Part shown: positions 31,744-44,706 of the stretch, piece after piece
Layout: each line of letters begins with the position of its first letter
Position numbering within the stretch: position 1 is the first letter of the stretch
Source: the human T2T-CHM13v2.0 reference genome, Homo sapiens
Length of the DNA stretch: 64,000 nt
Assembly: GCF_009914755.1 (NCBI RefSeq)
Contig: NC_060944.1
Strand: one strand, 5' to 3'
Notes under the pieces: model-generated
The model's database searches: none
What the model was told of the DNA's origin: nothing
What the model saw: the letters and a program-made list of their open reading frames with translations, nothing else
Translations under genes and position numbers: made by a program

Positions 31744-33104
31744 TATAGTCAGAATGATTTTAAAAATGAATAGACTGAGGAATTTAAGAATTAGAATTTT
31801 TAAAAGTTAGATATAAAAATGATCCCCCAAACTGATATGAGGTAATGCTTATGTTAAATAGCTTGATTTAGCCATTCCACAGTGAATACATGTATCAAGA
31901 CATCATGTTGTACACCATATATATATACAATTTTTACTCGTCCAACAATTTTTTTAATGACTAGAATATACAGGGAGCTGGGAGTGTGTGCTCTATCTCT
32001 ATGTACTTGGGTGTGATTACAGGATGTGTAAAATGTAGAGATCATCAAGTTGTGTACTTAAAATTAATGCATTCTGTGCTCTTTAATGCATGCATGTTAT
32101 TTCTTTAAAAAATAAAACCATAAATACATGTTTAAAATAGCCAGAGAGAGCACAAAATTTAAATAATATGTGTAACTTAAAAGCTTCCATTTTTACATAG
32201 TCTAGGACCTAATATCACAGGCAAATTTAAAATTTCTTTGAAAATGAGCTTTGGGATTCTGTAAAGATTTGGGGCTCTACCATGTGGTTGATAAACAAAA
32301 TTACTCTCTTTACTCAAGGACCTAAATGGACTTTAAAATGAGCTGGAAATCAACTCTGGCTTCAAGGAAAAGGGTATACCCACAGGGCAAACTTGTTTTG
32401 CCTCAAAACATACTTTATCATGTAACGTCCCATTCCTCACCCAAATTAGATAGCCTTACATTATCATGTGACATCTGTTAAATAACTCAAATAAGAAAAT
32501 AGTTCCTGATATTTAGATAAGGATACTTAGATTTATAGGGTATTTTCCTGCATAAGACACTAATGACTTTTATAAAATGTTTCATAAATGTGTTTTGTGA
32601 AAACACAAATATGAGTCAGCTGGCATAGCAACATGCACAGTGTAGCAACTCAAACATTTTCTGAATAAATAAATGAAGGAATGAGGATAAGAAATAAAAA
32701 TATTAGAGGTAATTATTTGGGTTCCAGATAGAGCTTTATTTTAATTATAGTTTCTTAAATTTGAATGAATTCACTATTTTACCATAATCAGAAGACTGCA
32801 GCAATCATCAATTGCACAACAGTGATGGCCTCTGTAATTTGGCACTATTAGCTCCTGAAATGTATTGAGATGTATAAATATAAGCATCTTAATCTTTTCA
32901 ATATACCCTAGCAAACTGGCCCTAGCATCCCTAGGGCTTTCGGAGCTAAGGGGAAGTTAAATGCCCTTCTCTTATTCCCTGCCAAAATAAGAAAAACTTT
33001 ATTGATTTGAAAGTGTTAATTTCCTCCAACTTTTCATATATGCAGTAGGCATGTCAACAGAGCAAAAATAGTCTTAGCTATTGGAAATGAGGCTACAGAT
33101 TTTA

Positions 33105-33184
33105 TTAGGTTGGTGCAAAAGTAATTGCGGTTTTTGTCATTACTTTCAATGGCAGAAGCTGCAATTACTTTTACATCAACCTAA
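33105..33184 (+). mobile_element. MADE1 (Hsmar1-derived MITE), 80 bp
   Basis: ttaggttggtgcaaaagtaattgcgg...caattacttttacatcaacctaa with TA target duplication. Confidence 0.93.
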
Positions 33185-33574
33185 TAGATTGACTTATGTC
33201 ATAACTATACATTTCCCAAAAATACAAGACATGGTTCAAACATTAATATTTGTGACTTAGAGCATCAGAATGAGGAGATTAAAAGTTTGAAAATGCTCCA
33301 GCACTTGGATGAGGCAAGAATAGTGAGGTACAGTTTAAGAGAGTTAAGAATTAAAAGTCTTTATGCCAAGCTAAATGTGTCCTTCAAAAGCTGTGCATGT
33401 TATGACTGCTGGCTCCAACGCATCTATCTAGTCAGTCTCTGCTATTTTAACCATCTTTTTTCTCTTCAATTTACCACCTATTATTAGGCCAAGAAAACTT
33501 GAGCATCTGTCAAGAGTAAAAATATTTTGAAGTTTTCTTCAAACACACTGAATTCCATGATTTACACATGGTTC

Positions 33575-33736
33575 TTTTTTTAAGAGATGGGAGTCGTGCT
33601 GTGTCAACCAGGCTTAAGTGCAGTGGTGCGATCATAGTTCACTGAAATCTCAATCTCCTGGGCTCAAGCAATCCTCCTGCCTCGGCCCACTATGTAGGTG
33701 GTCAGCCACCTACAGGTGTCAGCCACCATGGCCAGC
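33575..33736 (-). mobile_element. Alu monomer (FLAM/FRAM-like)
   Basis: gtgcagtggtgcgatcatagttcactg...ctcctgggctcaagcaatcctcctgcctc. Confidence 0.75.
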
Positions 33737-33829
33737 TTCATACATGTGTTCTGAAGCAACTTTTTTGAAAGCATGGTATACACATCACAAAGGGTGCACA
33801 GGTACTTTAGGGTGAATATCTGTATTTGC

Positions 33830-34830
33830 ACACCAATAAATTAACCCTTCTAATGTAAACAATTCAGTGGTTTTTAGTATATTTAGTATATTCATAGATG
33901 TAAAATGAGCATCAGTATATAATTTTGGAATGTTTTCATCACTCCAAAAAGAAACCCCCTACCCATTAATAAGCATTCTTCCCTCCTTCCTCTTCCCAGA
34001 CCCTGGTAACCATTTACCTTTCTGTCTCTATGTGTTTAACTATTCTAGAAATTTCATATAAATGGAATCATATAAAATTATGTTGGTGCAAAAGTAATTG
34101 ATGTTTTTGCTTGTGAAAGTAATGGCCAAAACTGCAATCACTTTTGCACCAACCTAATACCTGGTATGTAGTGACTGGCTTCTTTCACTTAGCATAATGT
34201 TTTCAAGGTTAATCCATGTTGTAGCATATAACAGTACTTCATTGCTGTTAATTGTCAAATATTACTCAATTGCATGTATATACCATATTTGATTTTCCAT
34301 TCATCAGTTGATAGACATTTGGATTGTTTTTATTTTTTGGCTATTATGAAAAATGCTGCTATGAACTTTCAGGTATAAGCTTTTGTGTGGACATGTTTTC
34401 ATTTCTCGTAGGTATATACCTAAGAATGTAATTGCTGGGTCATATGATGGCTGTGTTTAACATCTTAAGGAGTTGCAAACTGTTTTCCAAATTGGCTATG
34501 ACATTTTACCTTCCCACCAGCAGTTTATTTGATAAATTCCTTTCAGATAGAATTCATAAATATTTTCTCCCATTCTCTTTGTTGTCTTTTTACCTTCTTG
34601 ATAGTGTCCTTTGTAGCACGAAGTTTTTGTTTTTTATAAAGTTCAATTTATCTATATTTTATTTTGTTACTTGTCCTCTTGGTTATGTAAGAAACCATTG
34701 CCTAACCCAAGATCTCAATGACTTATACCTAGGTTTTCTTCTAAGATCTTTAGAGTTTTAGCTCTTACATTTAGGTCTATGATAAATTTCAAGTTGATTT
34801 TTGCATATAGTGTGAGGTAAGGGTCCAAGC
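33830..34830 (-). mobile_element. Old L1M fragment containing a MADE1
   Basis: ggcttctttcacttagcataatgttttcaaggttaatccatgttgtagcat... Confidence 0.75.
34078..34157 (-). mobile_element. MADE1, 80 bp, inserted in an old L1
   Basis: ttatgttggtgcaaaagtaattg...cttttgcaccaacctaa followed by TA; central gaaagtaatggc gives the orientation. Confidence 0.9.
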
Positions 34831-35718
34831 TCATTATGATAATGATGAGAAGTTTTATTTTAAATAAACATATTTTAATGTATGAAATTTGCTAATTTAA
34901 AGAAAAATCTTAAATAAATGGTAAACTATAAATATCTAAGAAATGTATCTCTTTTCAGGTTTTCTAGGAAAATCAACCTAGGATTTATATTAGTAAGGAA
35001 ATTTATACTTAAAATTTTACTTTTATTTATTTTACTTTTTATTTATAGAAGGTAAGGATGAAATGATGAAGTGGGATAGAGGTTGACACCTATATATGTG
35101 CCAAGCTCTTTGTGAATGTAAAATTCTATTTTAAGGAAAAAAATATTGTGTTTTGAAGGCTAAGAAAACATGTATACAAGAAACTAAAATGGTGCCATTG
35201 GGCACCATCTTCTTTAATTCTTAGTTTTAAAATTCAGGGAAATACTTTGGTTTTGATAAGCTTAAGCCTAAGTGTTGAAAAATTCTTAAGTAAGGTTTAA
35301 AATTAAAACGACATCAGTAATTGTTAATAAAGGGATCACCAAAAAAGGCTTCACTATAGTCAGTTCATTCACATCAAGTTACCTAGTCAGTCTGGGTTGA
35401 TTACCTTAAAATGTAAGAAGCCTGTATTATGACTTTATTTTAATAATAAAAAGGTCCTTTCAGTTCTAAAAACATGGCTATATCATGTTTTTTACTTCTT
35501 GAGCCTATAAAAACAATTTCTTTATAAGGACTAGGATAACCAGGAGGCCTAGTAATATCAACTAAAAAACATTTTATTGATGAAATAGTTTACAGAGTTT
35601 TATTGACCGTGCAGGAAACATTCAGGGACTCTTCAATCAATTCTCTTAGTATTTCCAGTGGTAGTTTGAGAACATTCCCTTGGCACTGTTTCTATATCTG
35701 CAAACTTTTAAGAGACGT

Positions 35719-35885
35719 ATTAGCTGGGCATGGTGGTTCATGCCTGCAGTCCTAGCTACTCGGGAGGCTGAGGCAGGAAGATTGCTTGAGCCCGGGGGAT
35801 AGAGTCTACAGTGAGCTGTGATGGTGCCACTGTACTCCAGCTTGGATGATGGAGGGAGATTCTGTCTCTAAAAGGATAAATAAAA
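35719..35885 (+). mobile_element. Alu right monomer (FRAM)
   Basis: attagctgggcatggtgg...gattgcttgagccc...A-rich tail. Confidence 0.8.
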
Positions 35886-36726
35886 CAAACTAGAGATATA
35901 TTCACCTCAAGTTTTCTCTGTTGAAAAACCAACTAGCTTTTAAGGAAGTTTGTAACTTCCTTAAAAACAGTTAGTTGGCCTTTCTCTGTGCTCCAAAAGC
36001 ATTTATCCCTTTGTCCTAAAAGGATCTACGTATTTTCCTCTTCTACCAGATCATTAGAAGCTTGAGGGCAAAGACTGTGCCACATTCATAAACATAACCC
36101 TGGTATAGAAAATGGCAATAAAGGCATAAAGTTTGTTGAATGAATAAAAAACACAAATGAAAAAGTATGTTTATGGTATTGGTAGAGCTCCTGGAACATT
36201 CATTTGCATATAGGTGAATCAATTATTGTAGGAGAGGTCGCTTCAGTAAATGTTCAGAGTTTTCCTGGGATTCTATGACATAAAGATCCACAAGTCAGCT
36301 TTGAAGAAGGCAGCTCTCAAGCCCTCATCTTTGCCGTCCATTGGATGGAGGAAGGGTGGCATAGCAACAATGGTTGTTTCACTGCTTAACCCAACTCCCT
36401 GTAGTAAAATTCCAGAGGTTTCACCAGGAAGTCCAACTACACTCTGGTTTACATATTCCATAGGGATTAAATGTCCTGTGCTCCATAGGTGCATTGGATT
36501 ATCGCGCATCCACTAAACCCCATAGATCTGTAGATTACCTTAGACCTTTCTGCCCCAGTTACTGATTGAGCCACATGTATCAGGTTGTTTAGGTTTCCAT
36601 AGCCTCCCCTGTGCTCTTGAGAGCTTAAAGCCCCTTCCCTAGCAGAGCTTCATTACACAAAAATGGAACTACCAACCTAATTAATGACACAGCCATACTT
36701 CTTTCTATAAGAAGGACATTTTCTGA

Positions 36727-36758
36727 AGTCAAATACTCTACCCCTGAGCTGTACCCGC
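36727..36758 (-). pseudogene. Retroposed 5' half of tRNA-Cys(GCA) (tailless retropseudogene)
   Basis: Reverse complement GCGGGTACAGCTCAGGGGTAGAGTATTTGACT vs recalled tRNA-Cys GGGGGTATAGCTCAGGGGTAGAGCATTTGACT (29/32). Flanked by a perfect 18-bp direct repeat aagaaggacattttctga at 36709-36726 and 36759-36776. Confidence 0.85.
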
Positions 36759-37689
36759 AAGAAGGACATTTTCTGAGACAATCTGAAGAAAGTCACCATC
36801 TGTTAATGACTTTTCAGGAAGAATTTGGGGTTCTAACTAGATAACCACATTTCAGTGTTACCCTTAGACATGGCCCAGCTTAACACATGAGTGAGCAGAG
36901 ACAGATCTGGATGTGAGATGTGTGGGTGGGTACAAGCCCATTCTGTTTGCTTTATTTTTAATGATAAAGCAGTAGAGCTTGGAACTGTGGATATTGGCTC
37001 TATTGCATACATGAAATGTGTAAATGCTCGTCTCTTTATTTATTTAAAAGAAAAAATAATATGTTGAAAGGCACCACAAGAAGTGCCCAATACTGTCCAA
37101 TACCATGCTGAATTCATAATTTCTTCTATGTATAAGGAATTGTGTGCCACACACTTAGCCTAAACAGCAATCATATAAAATGACATCAATGACCACAACT
37201 ATCAATTATGATATTTTTATTCAAGTGCTCAGGTATTAGAGCATAACAATTGCAGAGCCATTTCAGGGTTTTCTGGGGGTGATGAGTTTAACAATGGACA
37301 ACATTTGGGTACTGAACTTCAGGGACATTAGCCGTGTCTGTTAGCAACTCTGCAAGTTGCTTTTGCTGTATTTGAACTTACAAGGTACAAAATATACCTC
37401 ACAAGGGGAAATTCAGAAGACAGTCTAATAGGTGGCTCCCTTCTGTGCTAATATGTGACTTTCAATCCATGTCATAAGATTCTTATAAAAGGTTTAGCAT
37501 TTGTAAGTCCTCATGTATAGATTGAAAAGAAACTATCAGCACAAATTCCCACTGAAAAGAAAACTTGATTCTTAGTTGTTTTGAAAAATGATTTTATTTT
37601 TATATTTTTCTCAATATTATAGTAAGGAAATGAGTTCATGGTCTTGTAAGCATTTATAAAGTATATAAAATGATGAAGAGAAAATAAAT

Positions 37690-38500
37690 TCCTGTAAATT
37701 GAATATTTTTATAATCTCAAGGTAAGGAAAGCTTTTTTATACATGGCAATAAATCAGAAAAATTACAGTGAAAATATTGATAGAACCAAATATAAAAAAA
37801 TTAAATTTCTATAGGAGAAAATGCCACATCATTTGACATTAAACCAAATGATACATTTGAAAAAAATATTACAACATATATATCAGGCAAAGGGTCAATA
37901 AACACTTAAGCAGCCCAAAAAAAGGTTGTTTATAAATCAATAAGAAAATAAATCCTACTTGAATAGGGGGATTATAGCCTTAACAAACTCTTTCTACTCT
38001 AAAAGACATGTGAATGGCCAATAAATAAGAAGATATATTTCCAATAACTAGTCATTTTAAAACACAAATAAAAACAGTAACAAGATATTCTATTATTTTT
38101 CAGCAGACTATCAAAGATAAAAAAAAATTGTCAATAACCCATGTTGGTGATCTCACATGCTGTAGGTACGATAAGTTGAAATATCAATACCTTTGGCCCT
38201 GCAATTACACACCAGGAATTTATCCTAAGTAAATTATCATTCAAGTATTCAATTATATATATATATACACACACATATACACATACACACACACAGATGC
38301 TCATTGAAGCATTGTTTATAATAATAAAACCTGTCCAATGATGAGAAATATGTTAAATAAATTATGGTGCATCTATATAGTAGAATACTACAGAACCAAA
38401 TTAAGAGGGAAATATATTTCTATATTTATAAATATTTTATCAGTATATCAGTAAGCAGTCAAGTTACAAATAAATATGTTTACTTTGATTCTAGTTATGT
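37690..38500 (+). mobile_element. Very old L1 (L1ME-like) fragments
   Basis: A-rich degenerate ORF2/3'UTR motifs such as aggaatttatcctaag and ttatggtgcatctatatagtagaatacta. Confidence 0.5.
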
Positions 38501-38504
38501 AAAA

Positions 38505-38507
<3 letters not shown>

Positions 38508-38550
<43 letters not shown>
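38508..38550 (+). repeat. (TG)n microsatellite
   Basis: Direct reading. Confidence 0.95.
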
Positions 38551-38552
<2 letters not shown>

Positions 38553-38567
38553 ATGTAGAGAAATGTC

Positions 38568-38773
38568 TACAACTGCACCATTCAACTTGGTAGACACTGG
38601 CCTCATGTTGCTACTTAAATCTGAATTAATTTAATTTCAACCAAATTAAAAATTGTGTTAGCCACATTTCAAGTATTCAATAGCCATGTGTATCTAGTGG
38701 CTACCATATTGGACAGCTCAGATTTGGAATAGTCCCAGCATCACCAAAAATTTCTGTTGACAGCACTGGTCTG
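38568..38773. mobile_element. MER3-like hAT-Charlie element
   Basis: tagccacatttcaagtattcaatagccatgtgtatctagtggctaccatattggacagc. Confidence 0.65.
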
Positions 38774-39804
38774 GAAAGATGTTCTCCACCATGTTTTTAA
38801 TGGTTGCTTCTGGCTAGTGGGATCTGGAGTTAATTTCATTTAATTTTCTAAATTGCTTGAACTTTTTATGAGCATGCAATTAATTCATATTCAGAAGGTT
38901 CTGTCATCTGGAAAAAACTCACCTATGATTCCACCATGTAGAAATAAGCATTGTTAATATTATGTTGTATTTCCTTGCAGTCTTTGTTCTAAATGCTCAT
39001 AGTTGCACAGAATGACAATATGTACATGTTTTTAATGTTGTATTTATATCTAATACACCATAAGCATTGTATCTTATTCTTTAAAGCTCTTCATAAACAT
39101 TACTTTAAAAAGCTGCATACTGTTCTGTCTAATGTCCTTAAATGATTTTTGTTATATATGTTGCCTTGAATGTACTAAAATATTTAAGAATTTTGCAAAT
39201 CAGTTGGGTTTGGGAAAATCAAATTTATAGGGAAGACAGTGATTTATAGTTCTTTTGTTATATGTAGAGGACCATCTAATACATCACGCTTTGGAGATGC
39301 TTTTTTTGTTCCAAATCACTATTCAAAACCACCTTCACAAAACATAATAGCTTTAGAAATCAATGTTTTTGATAAAGTGCCTTTATTTTCAAGTATCCAC
39401 TTTCCCTACTGAATGCAACAATGCACAGACATCTTTGTTATTATCCACCTTCTGAGATTTATCCAAAATGTGTCACCTCTCTTTGAATCCCTTTAGAAAC
39501 CATTCTTTGATGAACATACTTTATTTGGCTCTCCTGGACAACATTTTGATAAATATAAAATGACTTTAACACAAGAATCAAAGGGAAAAAAATTTCAGAA
39601 TTAAAGAACAATGACCTGAAATCCATGGAAGAGGAGCACGTGTAACAAATTTACTTGACATCTTGCTCTGCAAGTTGCTTTTGCTGTATTTGAACTTCTC
39701 TCCGGAATAAAACTGAAATCAGGGGCTTTGTGTTCTATACCATACCCTGGTACATAAAACCTTTCCAATTACATTTATGTTCTCCTAGGAGGGATGGCCC
39801 CAAA

Positions 39805-40588
39805 GGCACCTCAGACTTTGCATATCAAAAACCAAACTCATAATCATAATCATACCCTGTACTCCTCCCCAACAGGGTCCTTCTCCAGATCTCCCTGCCT
39901 CTCTTGACTACAACTCCTTTCTCTCAGTTACGCAGTTCAGAAACCGAGGGTTGTTACTGACACCTCCATTTCTTCAACCCCAAAACTGAATCCAACATCA
40001 AGTCAAGCTGATTTTGCCTCTTACATATCTCTCCAAATCTGTCCCCCATATTCTAGCAAGTCACATTCCATCCTTCCCCCGTTTAAAGCCATTTGGTGGC
40101 TTCCCCTTGCTTGAGGGCTTAGAATGCCTTGACAAGAACAAACCTTACTTCCTTGCAGAATCTGGCTCCTTACCTATACAGCTTCATTTCACCCAACCTT
40201 CTCTACTAGCTTTTAATTTTCTCATCCTTGCTGCTCTTCCTCCTACCACAAGAAATTTGCATAACATGCTACTCCACTGCCTGAAGTGCTTCTTACTAAA
40301 CCCTCCTTCATCTAAGACTCTTCTCCATCTTTCAAATTTCAACTCATCATATGCTTGTTTAGGGAAGCCCTCTCTGATTTCATTAATTATGTTAGACTCA
40401 CCTACTAAACTCTTTTGCACACATTAATGAGGCTGTTTGATTAATTTAATGCCCGTTTCCTTGCCAGAATGTAAGCACCACCAGGGTGTAAGCATCTGTT
40501 TTTGTTCACTGATGTAGCTCCATTAACTAGCACAGTGCCAGATAAATAGTAGGTGCTCAATAAATATTTGTTTACTGGATGAATAAAG
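39805..40588 (+). mobile_element. L2a
   Basis: Ends ctagcacagtgccagataaatagtaggtgctcaataaatatttg. Confidence 0.7.
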
Positions 40589-41104
40589 ACCATGAGACAG
40601 ATGCCCCCAAGCACAAGGAAAATGCTGAGTCTTCTACAAAAGAATCTTGGAGCACTGGTCAACAGCAGAGCCTCTCTAAAGAAACAGATTCCCCCATGAG
40701 GAGAAAGCTGCATAAGTCATCAAACTTTATAGTGAAATATCCTAATTACATTTCCCTTTGAGTTGGACTGTACTGTATGTACTGCACTCAGTATTCCCCA
40801 AGAATAGTTTGTATCTGAGATATAGAGCCCAGGAGGCTAGGCCCAACAGGACTATTCTTGGGGAATACTCAGAGTGGATTCTATTTATGTATCCCAGAGA
40901 AGGCCTAAGGAGAGAGATCTTGAAAGCATTCATGATGCAATCTCCTGCTGGGAAGAAGAAAGCCAGATGGGAGCTAAAAATTGATGCCAATAAGAGATTT
41001 GGAGCAATGCTGTTCAAACTGAGGCCTTTTCCTGTTTCCCAGGAGCATAGAGTCATCCTTCTACTAAGTTTTAAGACTTACAGACCACCTGTAAATGTAA
41101 CTGG

Positions 41105-41576
41105 CAGTGTGCTGAAGCCAGCTTGTACCAGTTCATGAGAGCCAATTGTTAAATGTTTGCTAAATTTGCTACAGATTGATACACACAGCCATTATGATAA
41201 ATTAAATAATTTAAACTTAAAGCTAAATAAATTATACTAAAAATGCAGGTAATGAATACTCAAAACTCATCACTTTCTAATTATTTTATTAAATGTTATG
41301 ATTAAGTATGATTTTGAGGCTATTTATAGTCTTGTAGCTCTATGGTGAAATTGTGTGCTACTTGATCTTTTTTTCAATTCTGAATTCAGTGAGATCATCA
41401 GGGTGGCTTGAAATTGGCTATGTTGGGAGTATTTACACCATGGAAAACAGTAAATGCTAACATTCGGGGATTTGGAGGCTTTTGTTGTTGTTGTTTTGGG
41501 TTTTTTGGTTTTGTTATTTATTGTTTGTTTTGATTTGTTAAAAGCCTGTTGTTGAACATTTACCGGCATACCACAA
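41105..41576 (+). mobile_element. MER63-type hAT element
   Basis: cagtgtgctgaagccagcttgtaccagttcatgagagcc...gttgttgaacatttaccggcataccac. Confidence 0.6.
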
Positions 41577-42302
41577 GAGGCAACCAATTCATGGCCCAAT
41601 GTAATCTGTCTTTTTGTACTTCATTGTTGAAATTACCTAGCAATACTAGGAAATCTTAGGTCGAAGTGGAATTGTGAATCTTCCAATCGTCTAAACCACA
41701 TTTCTTCTAAACTACATTTCACAAAAACATATTGGGTGGGACTCGTTTGAGAAAAAAAGGTTATATATATATCTTTTTAATCCCATATCATATACTGCTA
41801 TTTTTTAAGTACCTAAGATAGTGTTTGGTATAAATTAACCATATAGAAAATATTTGAATAAATTAATTATAGGAGTCAAGAAGTATAATAATTTGAGTTA
41901 ATTCTTGACAATAGGATGATTTGAATTCTCTTCATATAAAATGGGTGGCATTATAATTCATTTCAAAATATTTCATGCATTAAATATCTTCTTAGGAAGA
42001 TGCAAGAACACTTGACTTCCCAGTTTTCAAAGGATTTTAAAAATCCTCTGGGAAAATATTGGTTGGGGAGAGAAATGATGGCTGTGAAGAGGGAGATGAA
42101 GAGAAAAATGTGAAAAAAGTGAACGAGATTTGAGAACAAAAGGAAAAAATAATTGCCTAAAAATTAATCAGTGCAGGCCAACAACTAAAAGAAGTGACTA
42201 ATGTCCTGGGAATATTTACTGCTTTTTTGTAAAATTTTTTTAAAATTAAGAGAGCTTTACACTCCTTAAATTTCCTTTCTATTCCCTATTTAGAATTGTA
42301 CT

Positions 42303-42441
42303 GGCTGGGTGCAGTGTGTCACACCTGTAATCCCAACACCTTAGGCAGGCAGAGGTGGGAAGATAGCTTGAGCCCAGTGGTTCAAGCCCTGCCTGAGCAA
42401 CACAGTGAGACCCCATTTTCCACAAAAAGGAAAAAAAAAAA
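42303..42441 (+). mobile_element. FLAM (Alu left monomer)
   Basis: Monomer plus A tail; TSD ttagaattg(t/c)act. Confidence 0.85.
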
Positions 42442-43065
42442 GTTAGAATTGCACTAACAATTCTGGTGATAGCTTTTACAATCATATAACATAACTAACA
42501 ATAGACACAATCACATAACTCACAAGACAATTTTTTTCTTATTGAAAATTGAGGTCTTAGAGATGACAACTTTGGTCTTCATGTATAATGTGTTTTGATG
42601 GATCAATAGTAAGGCATTTTAGAAGACATTTTCTTACTTTCACCTCAAAAGAAGCACACACACACACACAAAGGCATATTGAAGACGGGGCTTATTTAAA
42701 TGCAACTAGTTATTCCTTATAAAAGTAGACATCAAACCTTATCAAGGCTTTGAATTGTTAAGATCTTTATATCCCTGTGTTTCTGATGGTATATTATTGA
42801 TTTTTATGTATTATAGAATATAGTTAACCCATGTGTATCTAGAGTAACACAAAAGGTATATAAATAAAACAAAGGAAATAAATCTGAAAATCAAATAGTA
42901 TTTACTCTTAGAATATTTTTATAACTTTCAGCAAATACGTATTCACATCTATATTTAGCTTTATAGATAAATTACCCATTTACTTCAAACTCCTTCAGTT
43001 ACCTGTAGTGAACTGGTGGGAAATTTTCTCGCTCCTTTTAACTCCTACAATCATTTATAATTTTA

Positions 43066-43371
<306 letters not shown>

Positions 43372-43411
43372 GATAAGTATAAGCTAACATTTATTTCACT
43401 GCATTTTTTCA

Positions 43412-44148
43412 TAGCATTCTTAAAATAAGTAATCATGTCAGACTCCACAAAAATGTATTAATTCTTTATGTACATGTGATACATTAGAGTTTGAGGATTT
43501 AATTTTGATCACCACACTAATGATATAAGGTGAACAGACATTGCTATTATCATTGTTAAAGCTTTGAGAATATGAGTTGCCTAATTTACAAAGCTAGTTA
43601 AATGGAAGAACCAGGAACTGAAAAGATCTAGAAATGACTTGTCCTTTAGCACTCTTTAAATTAAGCTTCCCATGGAAAAATGAATTAAGGGAAAAACAAA
43701 ATTAAAGTGCAAATGTTTAGAATATAGGTAGTCAAGTATACACAAACCATGAATATATTCCTAAATGTGCACACAAATATACATACTGATCGACAAATCT
43801 CAAAGTAAGTAAATGGATATACATACATATACTAAAATGTTCTTGTCTCTATAAGAGATTAAAGTATTCAGTATGTTCCCCCCATATTGTGTTTCATTTT
43901 CATTTGTAGAACTTTTCAGTGTCTGGTTCTTCCATTTAACTAGCTTTGAAAATTAGGCAACTTGTATTCCCTGAGCTTCAACTTAGTTTTCCCTCAAGGT
44001 GGATGATAATAGCAATGCCTGGTCACCTTACAGCATTAGTGTGGTGATCAAAATCAAATCTGCAAACTCTAATGTGTCACATGTACATAAAGAATTAATA
44101 TATTTTTGTGGTGACTGACATGATTGATTACTTATTTTAAGTATACTA
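43412..44148. repeat. Inverted duplication: arms 43412-43637 and 43900-44148 (MIR-containing), 262-bp spacer
   Basis: Long reverse-complement matches, e.g. ttttgatcaccacactaatg / cattagtgtggtgatcaaaa and caaagctagttaaatggaagaaccag / ctggttcttccatttaactagctttg. Confidence 0.9.
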
Positions 44149-44169
44149 CCAGCTATTAATTTTTTTTCA

Positions 44170-44380
44170 AGTACTCACAACTTGTTATGTGCGGCTCTCA
44201 GCCCTTAACATATAATGATTCATTTATTTCCCATAATAACCTTTTTAAGGGGACACTACTATTATCCTCATCCCACAGTTTGGAAAACTGAGGCACAGAA
44301 TGATTAACAAAATTTTTTAAGTTCACATTTCTTCAAACGACAGAGCCGGAACTCAAAGCCAGACAGAATGCAGGCTGTCT
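44170..44380 (-). mobile_element. MIR
   Basis: attatcctcatcccacagtttggaaaactgaggcacaga core. Confidence 0.65.
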
Positions 44381-44675
44381 GGCTGGGCACGGTGGCTCAC
44401 ACTTGCAATCCTAGCATTCTGGGAGGCAGAGATGGACAGATCACTTGAGGCCAGGAGTTTGAGACCAGCCTGGCCAACATAGCAAAAACTCAACTCTACT
44501 AAAAATACAAAAATTAGCCAGGTCTGGTGGTGTGCACCTGTGGTCCCAGCTATTTGGGGGCTGAGGCCTAAGAATCGCATGAGCCCAGGAGGTAGAGGCT
44601 GCAGTGAACTCAGATTGCACCACTGCACTCCAGCCTGGGTGACAGAGAAACTCTGTCCCCTGCCCCCACCAAAAA

Positions 44676-44705
<30 letters not shown>
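44381..44705 (+). mobile_element. Alu (J/old S) inserted in a MIR
   Basis: TSD acagaat(g/a)caggctgtct. Confidence 0.9.

Positions 44706-44706
<1 letters not shown>

Noticed and set aside
36727-36758. Functional tRNA gene
   Set aside because: Only the 5' 32 nt are present; no anticodon 3' strand, T arm or B box.
36709-36776. Repeat-spacer-repeat resembling a minimal CRISPR unit
   Set aside because: Only two 18-bp repeats, in primate DNA, with no cas genes; explained as a TSD around a tRNA half.
40014-41138. ORFs of 137 and 126 aa
   Set aside because: Non-ATG starts, the first overlaps an L2, and no recognisable homology.
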